From the NCBI GenBank assembly GCA_963796055.1, contig CAWCKH010000004.1:2368001-2432000 (forward strand): a stretch of DNA of 64,000 nucleotides, read 5' to 3'. The position numbers were made by a program, and so were the translations under genes. Source of the DNA: an uncultured delta proteobacterium. GTDB taxonomy: Bacteria; Myxococcota; Myxococcia; Myxococcales; Myxococcaceae. Of the stretch, positions 38,881 to 49,834 are shown piece by piece. A model generated the notes under the pieces. It was not told the DNA's origin and did no database searches. It worked only from the letters and a program-made list of their open reading frames with translations. The number at the start of each line of letters is the position of its first letter. Within the stretch, counting starts at the first letter, position 1.

Positions 38881-39615
38881 ATGCGATCCATGCGGCCCGT
38901 CCTCGCCCTGCTCGTCCTCGCCCTGGTGGGCGGCGCCCTGGCCCGGTATGTCGCGGGCGTGGGCGCCGGAGCACGCAGCACTGCCGCGGTGGTGGTCACC
39001 TTCGGTGACTCGCTGACCGAGGGCTCCGGGTTCACCCATCCCTGGCCGGAGGTGCTCGCCCGGCGGCTACGGGCCCGCGGTGGCCAGCGCCCGGTCACGG
39101 TGGTCAACGCCGGGATCGGTGGCAACCGTCTCCTCCGCGACGGCTACGGCGAGAGCGGGCTCGCCCGGTTCGAGCGCGACGTCCTGGCCCGCCCGGGCGT
39201 GCGCTGGGTCACGGTTCTCGCCGGCATCAACGACCTCGGCTTTCCTGGCGGCGTCGAGCCGGACGCCCCCCGGGTGACCGCGGAGGAGCTCATCGCTGCC
39301 CATCGCCAGCTCATCGCCCGTGCCCACGCGGTCGGGGTGAAGGTCTACGTCGGCACGCTTCTTCCGTTCGAGGGTACCGACAGCCCGGGGTTTTTCGCTC
39401 CGGACAAGGAGCGAGCACGGCAGGCGGTGAACGCCTGGATCCGGACCTCCGGCGAGCCCGACGCGGTCATCGACTTCGAGGCCATCACCCGGGACCCGGA
39501 CCATCCGACGCGGCTCCGCCCCGCCCACGACAGCGGCGACCACCTGCACCCCAACGCCGCCGGGCACCGCGCGATGGGCGAGGCCGTCGATCTCGGTCTG
39601 TTCAGGGACGAGTGA
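38881..39615 (+). CDS. SGNH/GDSL hydrolase
   Basis: FGDSLT, NAGIGGN, GIND, GDHLHPN. Confidence 0.9.
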   Translation: MRSMRPVLALLVLALVGGALARYVAGVGAGARSTAAVVVTFGDSLTEGSGFTHPWPEVLARRLRARGGQRPVTVVNAGIGGNRLLRDGYGESGLARFERDVLARPGVRWVTVLAGINDLGFPGGVEPDAPRVTAEELIAAHRQLIARAHAVGVKVYVGTLLPFEGTDSPGFFAPDKERARQAVNAWIRTSGEPDAVIDFEAITRDPDHPTRLRPAHDSGDHLHPNAAGHRAMGEAVDLGLFRDE

Positions 39616-39643
39616 CGGATGGCGCCAGGCCCTGGGTCCCCGC

Positions 39644-41170
39644 TCACGGTTTCCGTCCGCTCCCCGGGAAGAAGAGCTCGACCCGCGTGCCCTGACCCGC
39701 GCGGCTGTGGAGGTGGACGGTCCCGTGATGGGCCTCGACCGCCTGGCGCACGAACGCCAGGCCCAGCCCGGTCCCTCCGGGCTTGGTCGTGAAGTGCTCC
39801 TCGAAGGCCCGGTCGAGGACCCGGGCCTCCATGCCGTGCCCGGTATCCTCGATCTGGATGCGCACGCCCGGAGCCGGGGTCTGGACCGCCTCGTTCCGGA
39901 TGGTGAGCGTGCCGCCTCCGGGCATCGCCTCGATCGCGTTCCGGACGAGGTTGTGCACGATGACCGAGAAGACCTCCTCGTCCAGCAGGGCCTCGAACGG
40001 GCCGGCGCCGAGCAGGGTCCGCAGCTCGATCTGCTGTCTCGCGAGATGGTCGGCTGGCAGCTCCCGCTCGAGGAGCGCGCGGGTGTCGACCAGCCTCGGC
40101 TCGAGCTTCATCCCCCCCAGCCGTCGGTAGCGACCGATCACCGCCTTCATTCGCTGCACTTGAAGCCCCAGCCGCTCGAGCTGCTGGCTGTGGCGCTCGA
40201 GGACCACCGCTCCCGGAGCCAGGTCGTGGCGGAGGAGGTCCACCGTGCCGTCCAGCGCTGCCAGCGGATTCAGGAGGTCGTGCGCGAGCTGATCCGACAT
40301 CCGCCCCAGGGTGACGAGCGGGACGAGCTGCCGGGCCGCGCGCTGCCCCCTGCGCCAGAGCGGGAGAGCGAGGCCCAGGATCAAGGTGATGGCGGCGAGC
40401 GAGGCGAAGAGCTGTACCGCCGGACGGGGCGGGAGCGCGCGGAAGGCGGAGACGAGCACCGCGGTCGCCACCAGCGCGAGAACGATCGCGACCAGGGTTC
40501 GCTGGGTGGGCGGGGCCTCGTCCAGCAGGCGGAGCCGGAGCGCCACCACCAGCAGCACGCCATTCCCGGCGAGCATCCCCAGCGTCGCCAGGCGCGGCAT
40601 CGTTGCGCCCGCCCCGGCGAGCAGACCGGTGAGACCTCCCGCGCAGGCCACGCCGAGTCCGGCGGTGAGCATGAGCGTCCGGTCCCGTTCCACGCCGCGC
40701 GGCAGGCGCCGCAGGTAGGTGAGGAGCAGCCCGAGGAGGGCGGCGATGGCCGGCACGAGGAGGACCAGGAAGGTCGCCGACCACCACGGACCGAGCACCA
40801 GGATGCGCACCGGCTGGAGGAAGAAGGCCAGGACGCCCAGGGAGGAGAGCAGGCCGGAGCCGGCGTAGGCCACGCGCAGCCAGCGACGGAGCCTCCTCCG
40901 CTGGCCGACGAAGGTGACCACGAACGCCAGCGCCAGGGCAGCCGTCCAGGGAGAGGCGCTGGCACCGAGCCAGTGCCAGGTGAGCTGGCCCGAGACCGAG
41001 TACGCGAACTCGGCGAACGTCCAGGTGCCGAGGCCGAGGCTGAGCACCCCGGCGAGCGTGGCAAGCCGATCCGGATCGCGCCGGGTCAGCGCCACGCCGG
41101 CGGCCAGGAACTCGCCGGTGCACGCCACGAGGGCGATCCACTGGTCGGCCGTCCAGGCAGGAATAGGCAT
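39644..41170 (-). CDS. Membrane-bound sensor histidine kinase
   Basis: Multi-TM N-terminus, LAHDLLNPL, NLVRNA, DTGHG, FTTK, GTGLGL. Confidence 0.9.
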   Translation of the reverse strand: MPIPAWTADQWIALVACTGEFLAAGVALTRRDPDRLATLAGVLSLGLGTWTFAEFAYSVSGQLTWHWLGASASPWTAALALAFVVTFVGQRRRLRRWLRVAYAGSGLLSSLGVLAFFLQPVRILVLGPWWSATFLVLLVPAIAALLGLLLTYLRRLPRGVERDRTLMLTAGLGVACAGGLTGLLAGAGATMPRLATLGMLAGNGVLLVVALRLRLLDEAPPTQRTLVAIVLALVATAVLVSAFRALPPRPAVQLFASLAAITLILGLALPLWRRGQRAARQLVPLVTLGRMSDQLAHDLLNPLAALDGTVDLLRHDLAPGAVVLERHSQQLERLGLQVQRMKAVIGRYRRLGGMKLEPRLVDTRALLERELPADHLARQQIELRTLLGAGPFEALLDEEVFSVIVHNLVRNAIEAMPGGGTLTIRNEAVQTPAPGVRIQIEDTGHGMEARVLDRAFEEHFTTKPGGTGLGLAFVRQAVEAHHGTVHLHSRAGQGTRVELFFPGSGRKP

Positions 41171-41314
41171 GCGCCGTCCGAGGCCCCGAAACCCGAAAAG
41201 CCGGACACCCGTCTCGAGGTCCGGCGGAGCATCTCACTCCGGCGACGTTCCCGCCGCGGCCGTCACAGCCGGGAGTTGTCGCTCCCCCCTCGGGGCCCGG
41301 CCGGGCCCGGGTGC

Positions 41315-41821
41315 TCAGCGCTTGCGGAAGCCGACGGCGAGGAACCGACAACCCTCGGCGCCGGCGCGTCCCCAGTGTGCCTCGCCGAGCCGCACCCCAT
41401 GGGCATCCCCGGGGAGGAGCGTGGCGGTGACCTCGCGACCATCCCCCAGCACCGTGGTCATCCTCAGTTGCCCCTCGAGCACGTAGTAGACCTCCTCGGT
41501 CGCCGCGTGCCGGTGAAGCCCGATGGCCGCACCGGGCTCGAGCCGGGCGTCGATCATCAGCTCCAGGCCGCCGTGGAACAGGCCCTCCTCGAGCCCAGCC
41601 TCCTCCGAGAACACCCAGGTGGCGTGGTCTCTGCCGTGCCCCCGCCGCTCCTCACCCTCGGGGAAAGCGCGGTTCTCGTGCACCGCGTTGTACACCACGC
41701 GGGCCATCGCTCCGGAGCGCTTGTTGATCGCCGGCCCGAGCGGCTCGGCGTAGACCCGGGCGCCCGGGACGTGGAACTGCTCGCCGGTGGGGATCTCCGG
41801 CGGCGGGGGGCGGCGGGCCAT
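41315..41821 (-). CDS. Cupin-domain protein
   Basis: LEPGAAIGLHRH..EEVYYVLEG..PGD..H. Confidence 0.8.
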   Translation of the reverse strand: MARRPPPPEIPTGEQFHVPGARVYAEPLGPAINKRSGAMARVVYNAVHENRAFPEGEERRGHGRDHATWVFSEEAGLEEGLFHGGLELMIDARLEPGAAIGLHRHAATEEVYYVLEGQLRMTTVLGDGREVTATLLPGDAHGVRLGEAHWGRAGAEGCRFLAVGFRKR

Positions 41822-41847
41822 CGAGGCTCCAGCTTAGCCGGGGCGGG

Positions 41848-42675
41848 TCAAGGCAGCAGTTCGTCGGTGTATACGCCGGCGATCCCCTCGGCCCCCAGGG
41901 CCGCCGCTTCGGCGGGATCGTTGATGGTGTGGGTGAGGAGCGGGACTTGTCCGCACAACGCGGCGCAGGCTTCCATCACCTCGGCCCGGGTGACGGTCAG
42001 GGCAAGCAGCGAGGCGCGGCCGGCGAACCGGCGCAGAATCCACCAGGGGTAGCCGCTCCGATAGGTGGTGAAGATGGGCGCGGCAAATCCGCCTGCCCGT
42101 GCCGGCCCGTACTCGTCGAGCCGGTAGATCTGAGGATGGATATGCTCTCGCAGCGGCTGCGGAGCCGCTCCGAGCCGCCGGAGGAGGATGGCGTTCTCTC
42201 CCTTGGTGTCGGTGATCAGCCGGGCGTCGCCGTGACGACCGAACCAGACCAGCACCTGGTCGAGGGTCGGCACGCGGAAGGGCGTGTCCGCCGGCTGGCC
42301 TCGCGGGAGGCCGCGGCCGATCGCGTCCAGGGGGACGCCCGCGACTTGGTGGGCCTGCTGCCAGTCGTGGACCGCCCACCACTCGCCGTCGGAGTCCGGG
42401 AGGAAGTCCATCTCGAACCAGCGAACGCCGCGGGCGTAGTTCTGATCTAGCGCCTCCAGGGCATTGGTGTAGCGCAGAGCGCCGAGGGCTCCGCCGGCGT
42501 GTGCGATGCGGGCGGGCGCTGCGATGTGCAGTGCCGGGGGTGCGGGGGGGAGCCTGGTGAGCTCCCAGGTGCCCTGGACCATCCACCGCGCGCTCCGCAG
42601 GGCCGGCCTCAGCGCCCAGCCGGTCGCGACCACCAGGATGGCGAGGAGAAGCGCGCGCTCAACGCGCCGACGCAT
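41848..42675 (-). CDS. Glycerophosphodiester phosphodiesterase-like protein
   Basis: IAHAGG..YTNALEAL..FEMDF..HDW..ITDTK..HTIN..GVYTD. Confidence 0.75.
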   Translation of the reverse strand: MRRRVERALLLAILVVATGWALRPALRSARWMVQGTWELTRLPPAPPALHIAAPARIAHAGGALGALRYTNALEALDQNYARGVRWFEMDFLPDSDGEWWAVHDWQQAHQVAGVPLDAIGRGLPRGQPADTPFRVPTLDQVLVWFGRHGDARLITDTKGENAILLRRLGAAPQPLREHIHPQIYRLDEYGPARAGGFAAPIFTTYRSGYPWWILRRFAGRASLLALTVTRAEVMEACAALCGQVPLLTHTINDPAEAAALGAEGIAGVYTDELLP

Positions 42676-44173
42676 CGAGGCAGTCCTCGAGGAACCGGTG
42701 CAGCGCCGGGAGTTCGTAGGTGCCGGGCAGCGCCTGCACCGGACGGCCTTCCCGGGTGAGCGGCGCGAGGGCCCCGTCCGCAGCGAGCACGCCGAGGAGC
42801 ATCGGGACCGCGTGTTCCTCCGCGCCGTCGCCCGAGTCGAACAGGTCCGAGGGATGGTCGCTGTAGAGCGCCACCAGGGTCGTCGCGTCGCGGGGCAACG
42901 CCCGGAGGAACGTGCCCAGGGCGGCGTCGGCGTAGCCCACCGAGTGGAGGTACCGTGTCATCACCGGCGCGCTTTCCAATGGCCCGCCGGGGATGACCAG
43001 ATCGTAGGGCGCGTGGGTGGACAGGGTGATGAGGAAGTGCACCGCCCTCCGCTCCGCCGGGATGCGCGCGGCGACGTAGCGAAAGAGGTCGCCGTCGGCC
43101 CGTCCCCAGCGAGAGAACTCCGTCTCGGGAATGGATTCGGAGGTATGGAAGTCCGCCCCGAGTGAGGAGAAGAAGGGTCCCCGGTTCCAGAAGTTGGGGT
43201 CGTTGCCGTGGTAGGCGTGGAAGGCGAAGCCCCGCGCGGCAGCGTGCACCGGCAGGGTCTCCGAGCGGTGGTCCCAGCCGACCCGGTAGACCGGGGCGCC
43301 GGAGAGTGGACGCAGCCCGGTGAGGAGCTGGAAGTCGGCGCTCGAGCTCCCGGACACCGACGTGCGCTGGGAGTTGAGCCGACCGCGGGTGGTCGTCTCC
43401 CACAGCCGGAGGAGCACCGGAGCGACCTCTGGCCGGAGGGCCTCCACGTCCAGGCTCTCCATCTGGATGATGAGCAGCCGGTCGACGACCACGGGGTCCA
43501 GCGGGATCGCCGCGGCAGCGTTCTCCGCCGCGTCCCGGCGCAGCTCGGCGAGCACGGCTGCCCTGTTGCCTCCGCGCAGCAGCTCCAGCCCGTCGAGCGT
43601 GGCCGCGGTCTCCAGGCCGTGGGTCCGGACCAGGTCGCGATACTCGGAGAAGCGGAGCATGTCCCGGGTCTGGTAACGGAGGAACGACCGGCCCTGGAGC
43701 AGGGCGAAGAGCCCGGCGGCGGCCAGCGTCGCCAGGCGCAGGTCACGCCCTCGAGGCGAGGGCCCGCGGGCCAGCCAGCCGAGGGCGAACACCGCCGCCG
43801 CAATGCCCCAGGGGACCTCGTGCCAGCCCGGCAGCGGGACCTCGGAGATCTCCTCGAGGTTCATGAAGAGCGCCCCGGGGCGCGGAGGGAGATGGAAGTG
43901 CGAGCCGTGCCAGGCCACGACGGTCCAGGTGAGGCCGTACAGCCCCCAGACCACCAGGAAGCTCCGTCCGCGGAGCGCCTCGCGGGCGACCGAGACGATC
44001 AGCATCGCGCTGCTGAAGCCCATCGCCAGGGGCACCACCCAGGAGCCGGCACCGTGCCCGAGCACCGGTTGGAGGTGAAACACCAGCACCAGGCAGGGCA
44101 GCAGCGCGAGCGTCGAGCGGAGGACGACCTCCCGCCACCACTCCGGTCGGGCGGCGGTGACGAGGGAGAGCAT
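42659..44173 (-). CDS. LTA synthase/sulfatase-like membrane protein
   Basis: N-terminal TMs, IIQMESLD, SSADF..TG, HGN..FWNR, TLSTHAPY, YSDH. Confidence 0.75.
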   Translation of the reverse strand: MLSLVTAARPEWWREVVLRSTLALLPCLVLVFHLQPVLGHGAGSWVVPLAMGFSSAMLIVSVAREALRGRSFLVVWGLYGLTWTVVAWHGSHFHLPPRPGALFMNLEEISEVPLPGWHEVPWGIAAAVFALGWLARGPSPRGRDLRLATLAAAGLFALLQGRSFLRYQTRDMLRFSEYRDLVRTHGLETAATLDGLELLRGGNRAAVLAELRRDAAENAAAAIPLDPVVVDRLLIIQMESLDVEALRPEVAPVLLRLWETTTRGRLNSQRTSVSGSSSADFQLLTGLRPLSGAPVYRVGWDHRSETLPVHAAARGFAFHAYHGNDPNFWNRGPFFSSLGADFHTSESIPETEFSRWGRADGDLFRYVAARIPAERRAVHFLITLSTHAPYDLVIPGGPLESAPVMTRYLHSVGYADAALGTFLRALPRDATTLVALYSDHPSDLFDSGDGAEEHAVPMLLGVLAADGALAPLTREGRPVQALPGTYELPALHRFLEDCLDASAR

Positions 44174-44405
44174 CGTCGAAGCCTGGGCAGCGGGGCCCGG
44201 CTCCCCTTGACCGGCGAGGTGATGGGCAGGACGGATGGGGTCTTCCTCCGGCGAGAGGCGGGACACTAGTGGGAAGCCCGGAGGAGGCCAACGCGCCTCC
44301 CCCCGGGTCGGGCCGTCACCACGCCGACCGCGCGGGAGCCCTGGTGCGCGGGGCGGCCGGCGGTGTTTCATCCCCCGCTGCGGGCTCCTCCCGCCAGGAG
44401 ACGAC

Positions 44406-44942
44406 ATGGGAATTCTCCGCCGGCTCCTTCGGGGCCGCGGCAGCTCGCCCGGGTCCGGTCCGGCTGCTCAGTTCACCGGGGCCGAGGCGGTCGCCAGGTG
44501 GCGGTACCTGCTCGCCACCACGCCTCCGGAGGCGCTGTCGGCTGCCCACGCCGATGGGCTGGCTGCGGTCGGGGACAATCCCCGGGCCGAGGTGCTGCAG
44601 CGGCTGCGCGCGGCGCTCTCGGTGCTCGAGCCAGGGGAGGTCGTCCCTGCCGACCCGGCGGTGCTGATGCGCGCGGCGACACGCGCTGAACGACGTGTTC
44701 CCGGGTTCCTCGAACGCGCGCTGGCCACCGATGCGCGGGGGCGGCAGCTGCTCGCCGGGCTCGCCGCAGCGGTGGTGGGCAGTTCCGCCGGGGCGCCCTT
44801 CCTCCGCGGCTACGAGCCCGGGCTCGGCGGCGAAGCGCTCGCCGACCGGCGGGCGCCCGACTTCGACGTCGAGACTCCGGACCCGTCCGGACAGGGGACG
44901 GCGCACGACGACCTGCACGACGACCTGGACGACGAGGACTGA
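44406..44942 (+). CDS. Hypothetical protein with acidic C-terminus
   Basis: AGGAG RBS, RWRYLLATTPPE..AH segment, D-rich tail. Confidence 0.6.
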   Translation: MGILRRLLRGRGSSPGSGPAAQFTGAEAVARWRYLLATTPPEALSAAHADGLAAVGDNPRAEVLQRLRAALSVLEPGEVVPADPAVLMRAATRAERRVPGFLERALATDARGRQLLAGLAAAVVGSSAGAPFLRGYEPGLGGEALADRRAPDFDVETPDPSGQGTAHDDLHDDLDDED

Positions 44943-44955
44943 GACGGTCGGCCGG

Positions 44956-45423
44956 TTAGGGTGCCGTCGACTCGGCGGGGCGCACCTCGGACACGGCCGG
45001 CCGGTACGGGCGGAGGATGGCATCCCCCACCGGCGCTCCGGCGCGCGTCTCGATCCGGAAACGGTGGGGCTCTCCTCTCCAGAGGAGGTTGTGGAGCCCG
45101 CCGATGAAACGAAATCCCTCCGAGGCCAGGTCGATGTCCACCCGCCCCGTACGCCAGGACACGCGTCGCGTTCCGCGGACCGGGGAGGTCAGACCATCGA
45201 GCGATACCTCGCCCTCGGTCTCCATCGCGCCCGACTCGAGCAGCCGGCGCGCGCTGGCTGCGGTGTGCCGCAACACCAGCTCGATCGGCCGATCCAGCGC
45301 CTCGCCATCGCGGCGCCAGGTGCCCTGCAGGGTCTCGGTGAAATCCACCGCCCCCTTCGCGGAGAGCCGTCGGGCCCAGTCCGGCAGGAGCATCAGCGCC
45401 TCGGCGCGCGACGATGTCATCAC
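44956..45423 (-). CDS. Hypothetical protein
   Basis: 155-aa ORF with GGAGG RBS that fills the intergenic gap. Confidence 0.55.
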   Translation of the reverse strand: MMTSSRAEALMLLPDWARRLSAKGAVDFTETLQGTWRRDGEALDRPIELVLRHTAASARRLLESGAMETEGEVSLDGLTSPVRGTRRVSWRTGRVDIDLASEGFRFIGGLHNLLWRGEPHRFRIETRAGAPVGDAILRPYRPAVSEVRPAESTAP

Positions 45424-45624
45424 GACAGGAACCTCCCCTTGGGCACAGCAGGGGAGAGCAGACCACTTCGGGGGCGTGGGTTGTCAACGGACGTACCCCC
45501 AGTGAACCACTCCTGCAGTGCGGCGTGCGGCAGGGACGCGCGGAATGTCAGTGAGTCCCAAGTGTTGCGGGGCCCGAGGCGAGGAACTTAGAGTCCGCCG
45601 CCCGCACAAGCCCAGGAGCGACTT

Positions 45625-46614
<990 letters not shown>

Positions 46615-46622
46615 AGCAGCCG

Positions 46623-46864
46623 AGTGCCTCGACCCGGCTGTAGTGAGCACAGCGAGATGGCAGAGACCGAAGCGAGACGGCGCACACGAGGCATGAGCAG
46701 CGGAGGCGTGCCTCGTGGCAGTGAGCCTGGACGCGCCGCGCCCCTGCGCGGCCCCGCGAGCCTCCCCCTGGTGCCGGGGACGTCGAGCAGCGCAGAGCCG
46801 AGTCTGCGCGTCGAAGCGAGAGGATCGGCCATCGCCGCGGTCAGTACGGCCGGGTCGAGGCACT
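46623..46864. mobile_element. MITE-like element (242 bp) with terminal inverted repeats
   Basis: Left end AGTGCCTCGACCCGGCTGTA versus reverse complement of right end AGTGCCTCGACCCGGCCGTA (19/20). No credible ORF. Confidence 0.7.
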
Positions 46865-46866
46865 AG

Positions 46867-47748
46867 ATGCTTCCCCGGGAGCTCATCCGGCGGATCCGCC
46901 GCCTGGAGATCGCCACCCGCCAGGTCGTCTCCGCGCTCCTGGCCGGCCAGTACCACTCCGTCTTCAAGGGGCGGGGGATGGCGTTCAGCGAGGTGAGGCC
47001 CTACCAGCCGGGCGACGACATCCGATCGATCGACTGGAACGTGACCGCGCGCACCAGCGCCCCGCACGTGAAGGTCTTCACCGAGGAGCGCGAGCTCACC
47101 GTGGTCCTCCTGGTCGACGTGTCGGCCTCGGAGGAGTTCGGCTCGCGGGGGACGCGCAAGTCGGAGATGGCGGCCGAGGTCGCGGCCCAGATCGCCTTCT
47201 CGGCCATCGCCAACAACGACCGGGTGGGCCTGCTGCTCTTCAGCGACCGGGTGGAGAAGGTGATTCCCCCGCGCAAGGGCAGAAAGCACGTGCTGCGGCT
47301 GGTGAGCGACATCCTCTCCTTCCGGCCCGAGGGGAAGGGGACCGACCTGTCGCTGGCCCTGGGCTGGCTGTCGCGGGTGACGAAACGGCGGACGGTGCTC
47401 TTCGTCGTCTCCGACTTCCTGCTCGAGGGCGTAGAGGCCCCGCTGCGCACCGCGCGGATGAAGCACGACGTGGTCCCGGTGGTGTTGCGCGACCCGATGG
47501 AGGAGGCCTTCCCCGCGCTGGGGCTGGTGGAGGTGGAGGACCCCGAGACGGGCGAGCGCGCGCTGGTGGACAGCGCCTCTCCCGCAGTCCAGAGGGCGTT
47601 CCAGGCGGCGGTGGCCCACGCCCGGGCCGAGCGCACCCGGGTGTTCCGCAAGCTCGAGCTGGACTCGGTGGAGCTCCGCGCCGGCGAGGACCACGGGGAG
47701 GCGCTGGTCCGCTTCTTCCGCGCCCGGGCCCGGAGGCTGGCGGCGTGA
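46867..47748 (+). CDS. DUF58 protein
   Basis: GQYHSVFKGRGMAFSEVRPYQPGDDIRSIDWNVTAR..EERE..VDVSAS. Confidence 0.92.
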   Translation: MLPRELIRRIRRLEIATRQVVSALLAGQYHSVFKGRGMAFSEVRPYQPGDDIRSIDWNVTARTSAPHVKVFTEERELTVVLLVDVSASEEFGSRGTRKSEMAAEVAAQIAFSAIANNDRVGLLLFSDRVEKVIPPRKGRKHVLRLVSDILSFRPEGKGTDLSLALGWLSRVTKRRTVLFVVSDFLLEGVEAPLRTARMKHDVVPVVLRDPMEEAFPALGLVEVEDPETGERALVDSASPAVQRAFQAAVAHARAERTRVFRKLELDSVELRAGEDHGEALVRFFRARARRLAA

Positions 47749-48827
47749 GCGCGGGGCGACGTTCCGGGGCACGCCATCCGGGCGCGAGCGCTCCGGCCCC
47801 GGCCGCTCTGCGCGGGGCGATGGGCCTCGGCGCGCTGCTCCTCCTCGCCGCTCCGCTGCCGCTGCTGGCACAGCCGGCGCCGGGCGCTCCCGTCGCCGGG
47901 GCGCAGGACGCCGGCCCGGAGCGCACGGTGCAGCCGCTCTCGGTGGACCGCCAGGTCATCCCCGAGACGGTGCGGCTGGGCGAGCCGTTCGTCTACCGGC
48001 TCACCGTTCACCATCCACCCGGGCAGCGCTGGGAATTGCGGACCCCGCGCGACCTCGGCGGCTACGAGGTCCTGGAGCAGAGCCGCACGCGCTCCGACGC
48101 CAAGACCGAGAGCACCACCACCTACTTGCTGAAGATGGCGCTCTTCGAGCTCGGCAGCCACGTGCTCCCCACCCTGACCTTCGACGTGGTGGACGCCTCG
48201 GGCGCCGGGGTCGCCCGTATCGACGGCCCGGACATCGAGGGGAAGAGCAGCCTTCCCAAGGACGCCGACCAGCTCGGCGCGAAGCTGGAGGACATCAAGC
48301 CCAACGAGGACGTGCCGGTCCGCAGTCTGCGACTGCTGTGGTGGCTCGCCGGCGCAGCGGCGCTCGCCGCCCTCCTCTGGTTTGCCCGCCGCGCCTGGCT
48401 CTCCCGGCCGAGGCGGGCCGCTCCCGCCGCGCCGCTGCTCCCGCTGGAGGAGCGGACGCTGCAGGCGCTGGGCGCGCTGGAGGCGGAGGGGCTTCCCCAG
48501 CGCGGGCTGCAGCGGGAGTTCCACTTCCGGCTCAACGCGCTGGTCCGTGCCTACCTCGGCGAACGCTTCGCCTTCGACGCGCTGGAGTGCACCAGCGGCG
48601 AGCTGCTCCGTGAGGTGGAGCGGCGCGGGCTGCCCGGCGTGGACCCGGATGGGCTCCGGCGCTTCGTGGATCAGTGCGACGTCGCCCGGTACGCGCGGGG
48701 GGAGGTCCCGGTCCCGGCCTGCGCCGGCGCGCTGGCGTTCGCCCGGGCGCTGGTCGAGGCCACCCGCCTGCGGCCCCCGCCCACGGCTCCCGGCCCGCCG
48801 CCAGCGCCGGAGGTCGCGCCGGCGTGA
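47745..48827 (+). CDS. Bat-operon membrane protein (BatD-like/hypothetical)
   Basis: Operon position, signal peptide, LEDIKP followed by a TM helix, RAYL..RF..ALE.T..E. Confidence 0.7.
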   Translation: MSAGRRSGARHPGASAPAPAALRGAMGLGALLLLAAPLPLLAQPAPGAPVAGAQDAGPERTVQPLSVDRQVIPETVRLGEPFVYRLTVHHPPGQRWELRTPRDLGGYEVLEQSRTRSDAKTESTTTYLLKMALFELGSHVLPTLTFDVVDASGAGVARIDGPDIEGKSSLPKDADQLGAKLEDIKPNEDVPVRSLRLLWWLAGAAALAALLWFARRAWLSRPRRAAPAAPLLPLEERTLQALGALEAEGLPQRGLQREFHFRLNALVRAYLGERFAFDALECTSGELLREVERRGLPGVDPDGLRRFVDQCDVARYARGEVPVPACAGALAFARALVEATRLRPPPTAPGPPPAPEVAPA

Positions 48828-49834
48828 CGGCGTTCACCTGGAAGAGCCCGGAGGCGTTCTGGCTCCTGCTGCTGGTGCCGCTGGTGGGCGCCTGCTCGGT
48901 GTGGGCCGCCCGGCAGCGTCTGGCGGCGCTGCGCTACCCGGTCGCCCGGGCCCTGGCCGCGGGAGGCCCGGGGTTCCGGGGCATCCTCCGCCAGGGCCTC
49001 CCGCTCCTCCGGATGGCGGCGGTCGCCCTGGCCGTGGTCGCGCTGGCCAGACCGCAGTCGGTGGGGGCCCGGGTGAGGGACCTCTCGGTGGAGGGCATCG
49101 ACATCATGATCGCCCTCGACCTCTCCACCTCGATGGAGGCCGCCGACTTCCGGCCGAACAACCGGATCTTCGTGGCCAAGGAGACCTTGAACGAGGTCCT
49201 CTCCAGGCGGGTGAACGACCGCATCGGCCTGGTGGTCTTCGCCGGCGCGGCTTACACCCAGGCGCCGCTCACCCTCGACTACGGCGTGCTCCGCGAGGTG
49301 GTGAAGCAGCTCCGGACCCGGGTCCTCGAGGACGGAACGGCGATCGGCGACGCGCTGGCGGTCTCGCTCAACCGCCTCCGCGACTCGGATGCGAAGAGCA
49401 AGGTGGTGATTCTCATCACCGACGGCGACAACAACGCCGGGCGCATCTCTCCGCTCGACGCCGCGGGGATGGCCAGGGCGCTGCACATCCCGGTGTTCAC
49501 CATCCTGGTGGGCAAGGGCGGAAAGGTGCCCTTCCCCGACGGCACCGACCTGTTCGGGAACACCAGCTACCGGGAGCTGGAGATCGCCATCAACCCCAGG
49601 CTGCTCCAGCAGATCTCCAGAACCACCGGCGCCGAGTACTACCGGGCGACCGACCGTGAATCGCTCCGCGCTGGCCTGAGCGCCGTCCTCGACCGGCTGG
49701 ACAAGAGCAAGCTCCTCGAGGGCGGAGCGTCCGCCAACTCCAAGGAGGAGTTCCCCCCCTTCCTGCTCGCCGCCTTCGTCTGCGCGGGGCTGGAGCTGCT
49801 GCTGCGTTCCACCGTGCTCCGGGTGTTCCCGTGA
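48824..49834 (+). CDS. batA: BatA-like VWA-domain protein
   Basis: ALARPQ, MIDAS motif DLSTSM, DRIGLVVF, GTAIGD, ITDG. Confidence 0.85.
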   Translation: MTAFTWKSPEAFWLLLLVPLVGACSVWAARQRLAALRYPVARALAAGGPGFRGILRQGLPLLRMAAVALAVVALARPQSVGARVRDLSVEGIDIMIALDLSTSMEAADFRPNNRIFVAKETLNEVLSRRVNDRIGLVVFAGAAYTQAPLTLDYGVLREVVKQLRTRVLEDGTAIGDALAVSLNRLRDSDAKSKVVILITDGDNNAGRISPLDAAGMARALHIPVFTILVGKGGKVPFPDGTDLFGNTSYRELEIAINPRLLQQISRTTGAEYYRATDRESLRAGLSAVLDRLDKSKLLEGGASANSKEEFPPFLLAAFVCAGLELLLRSTVLRVFP

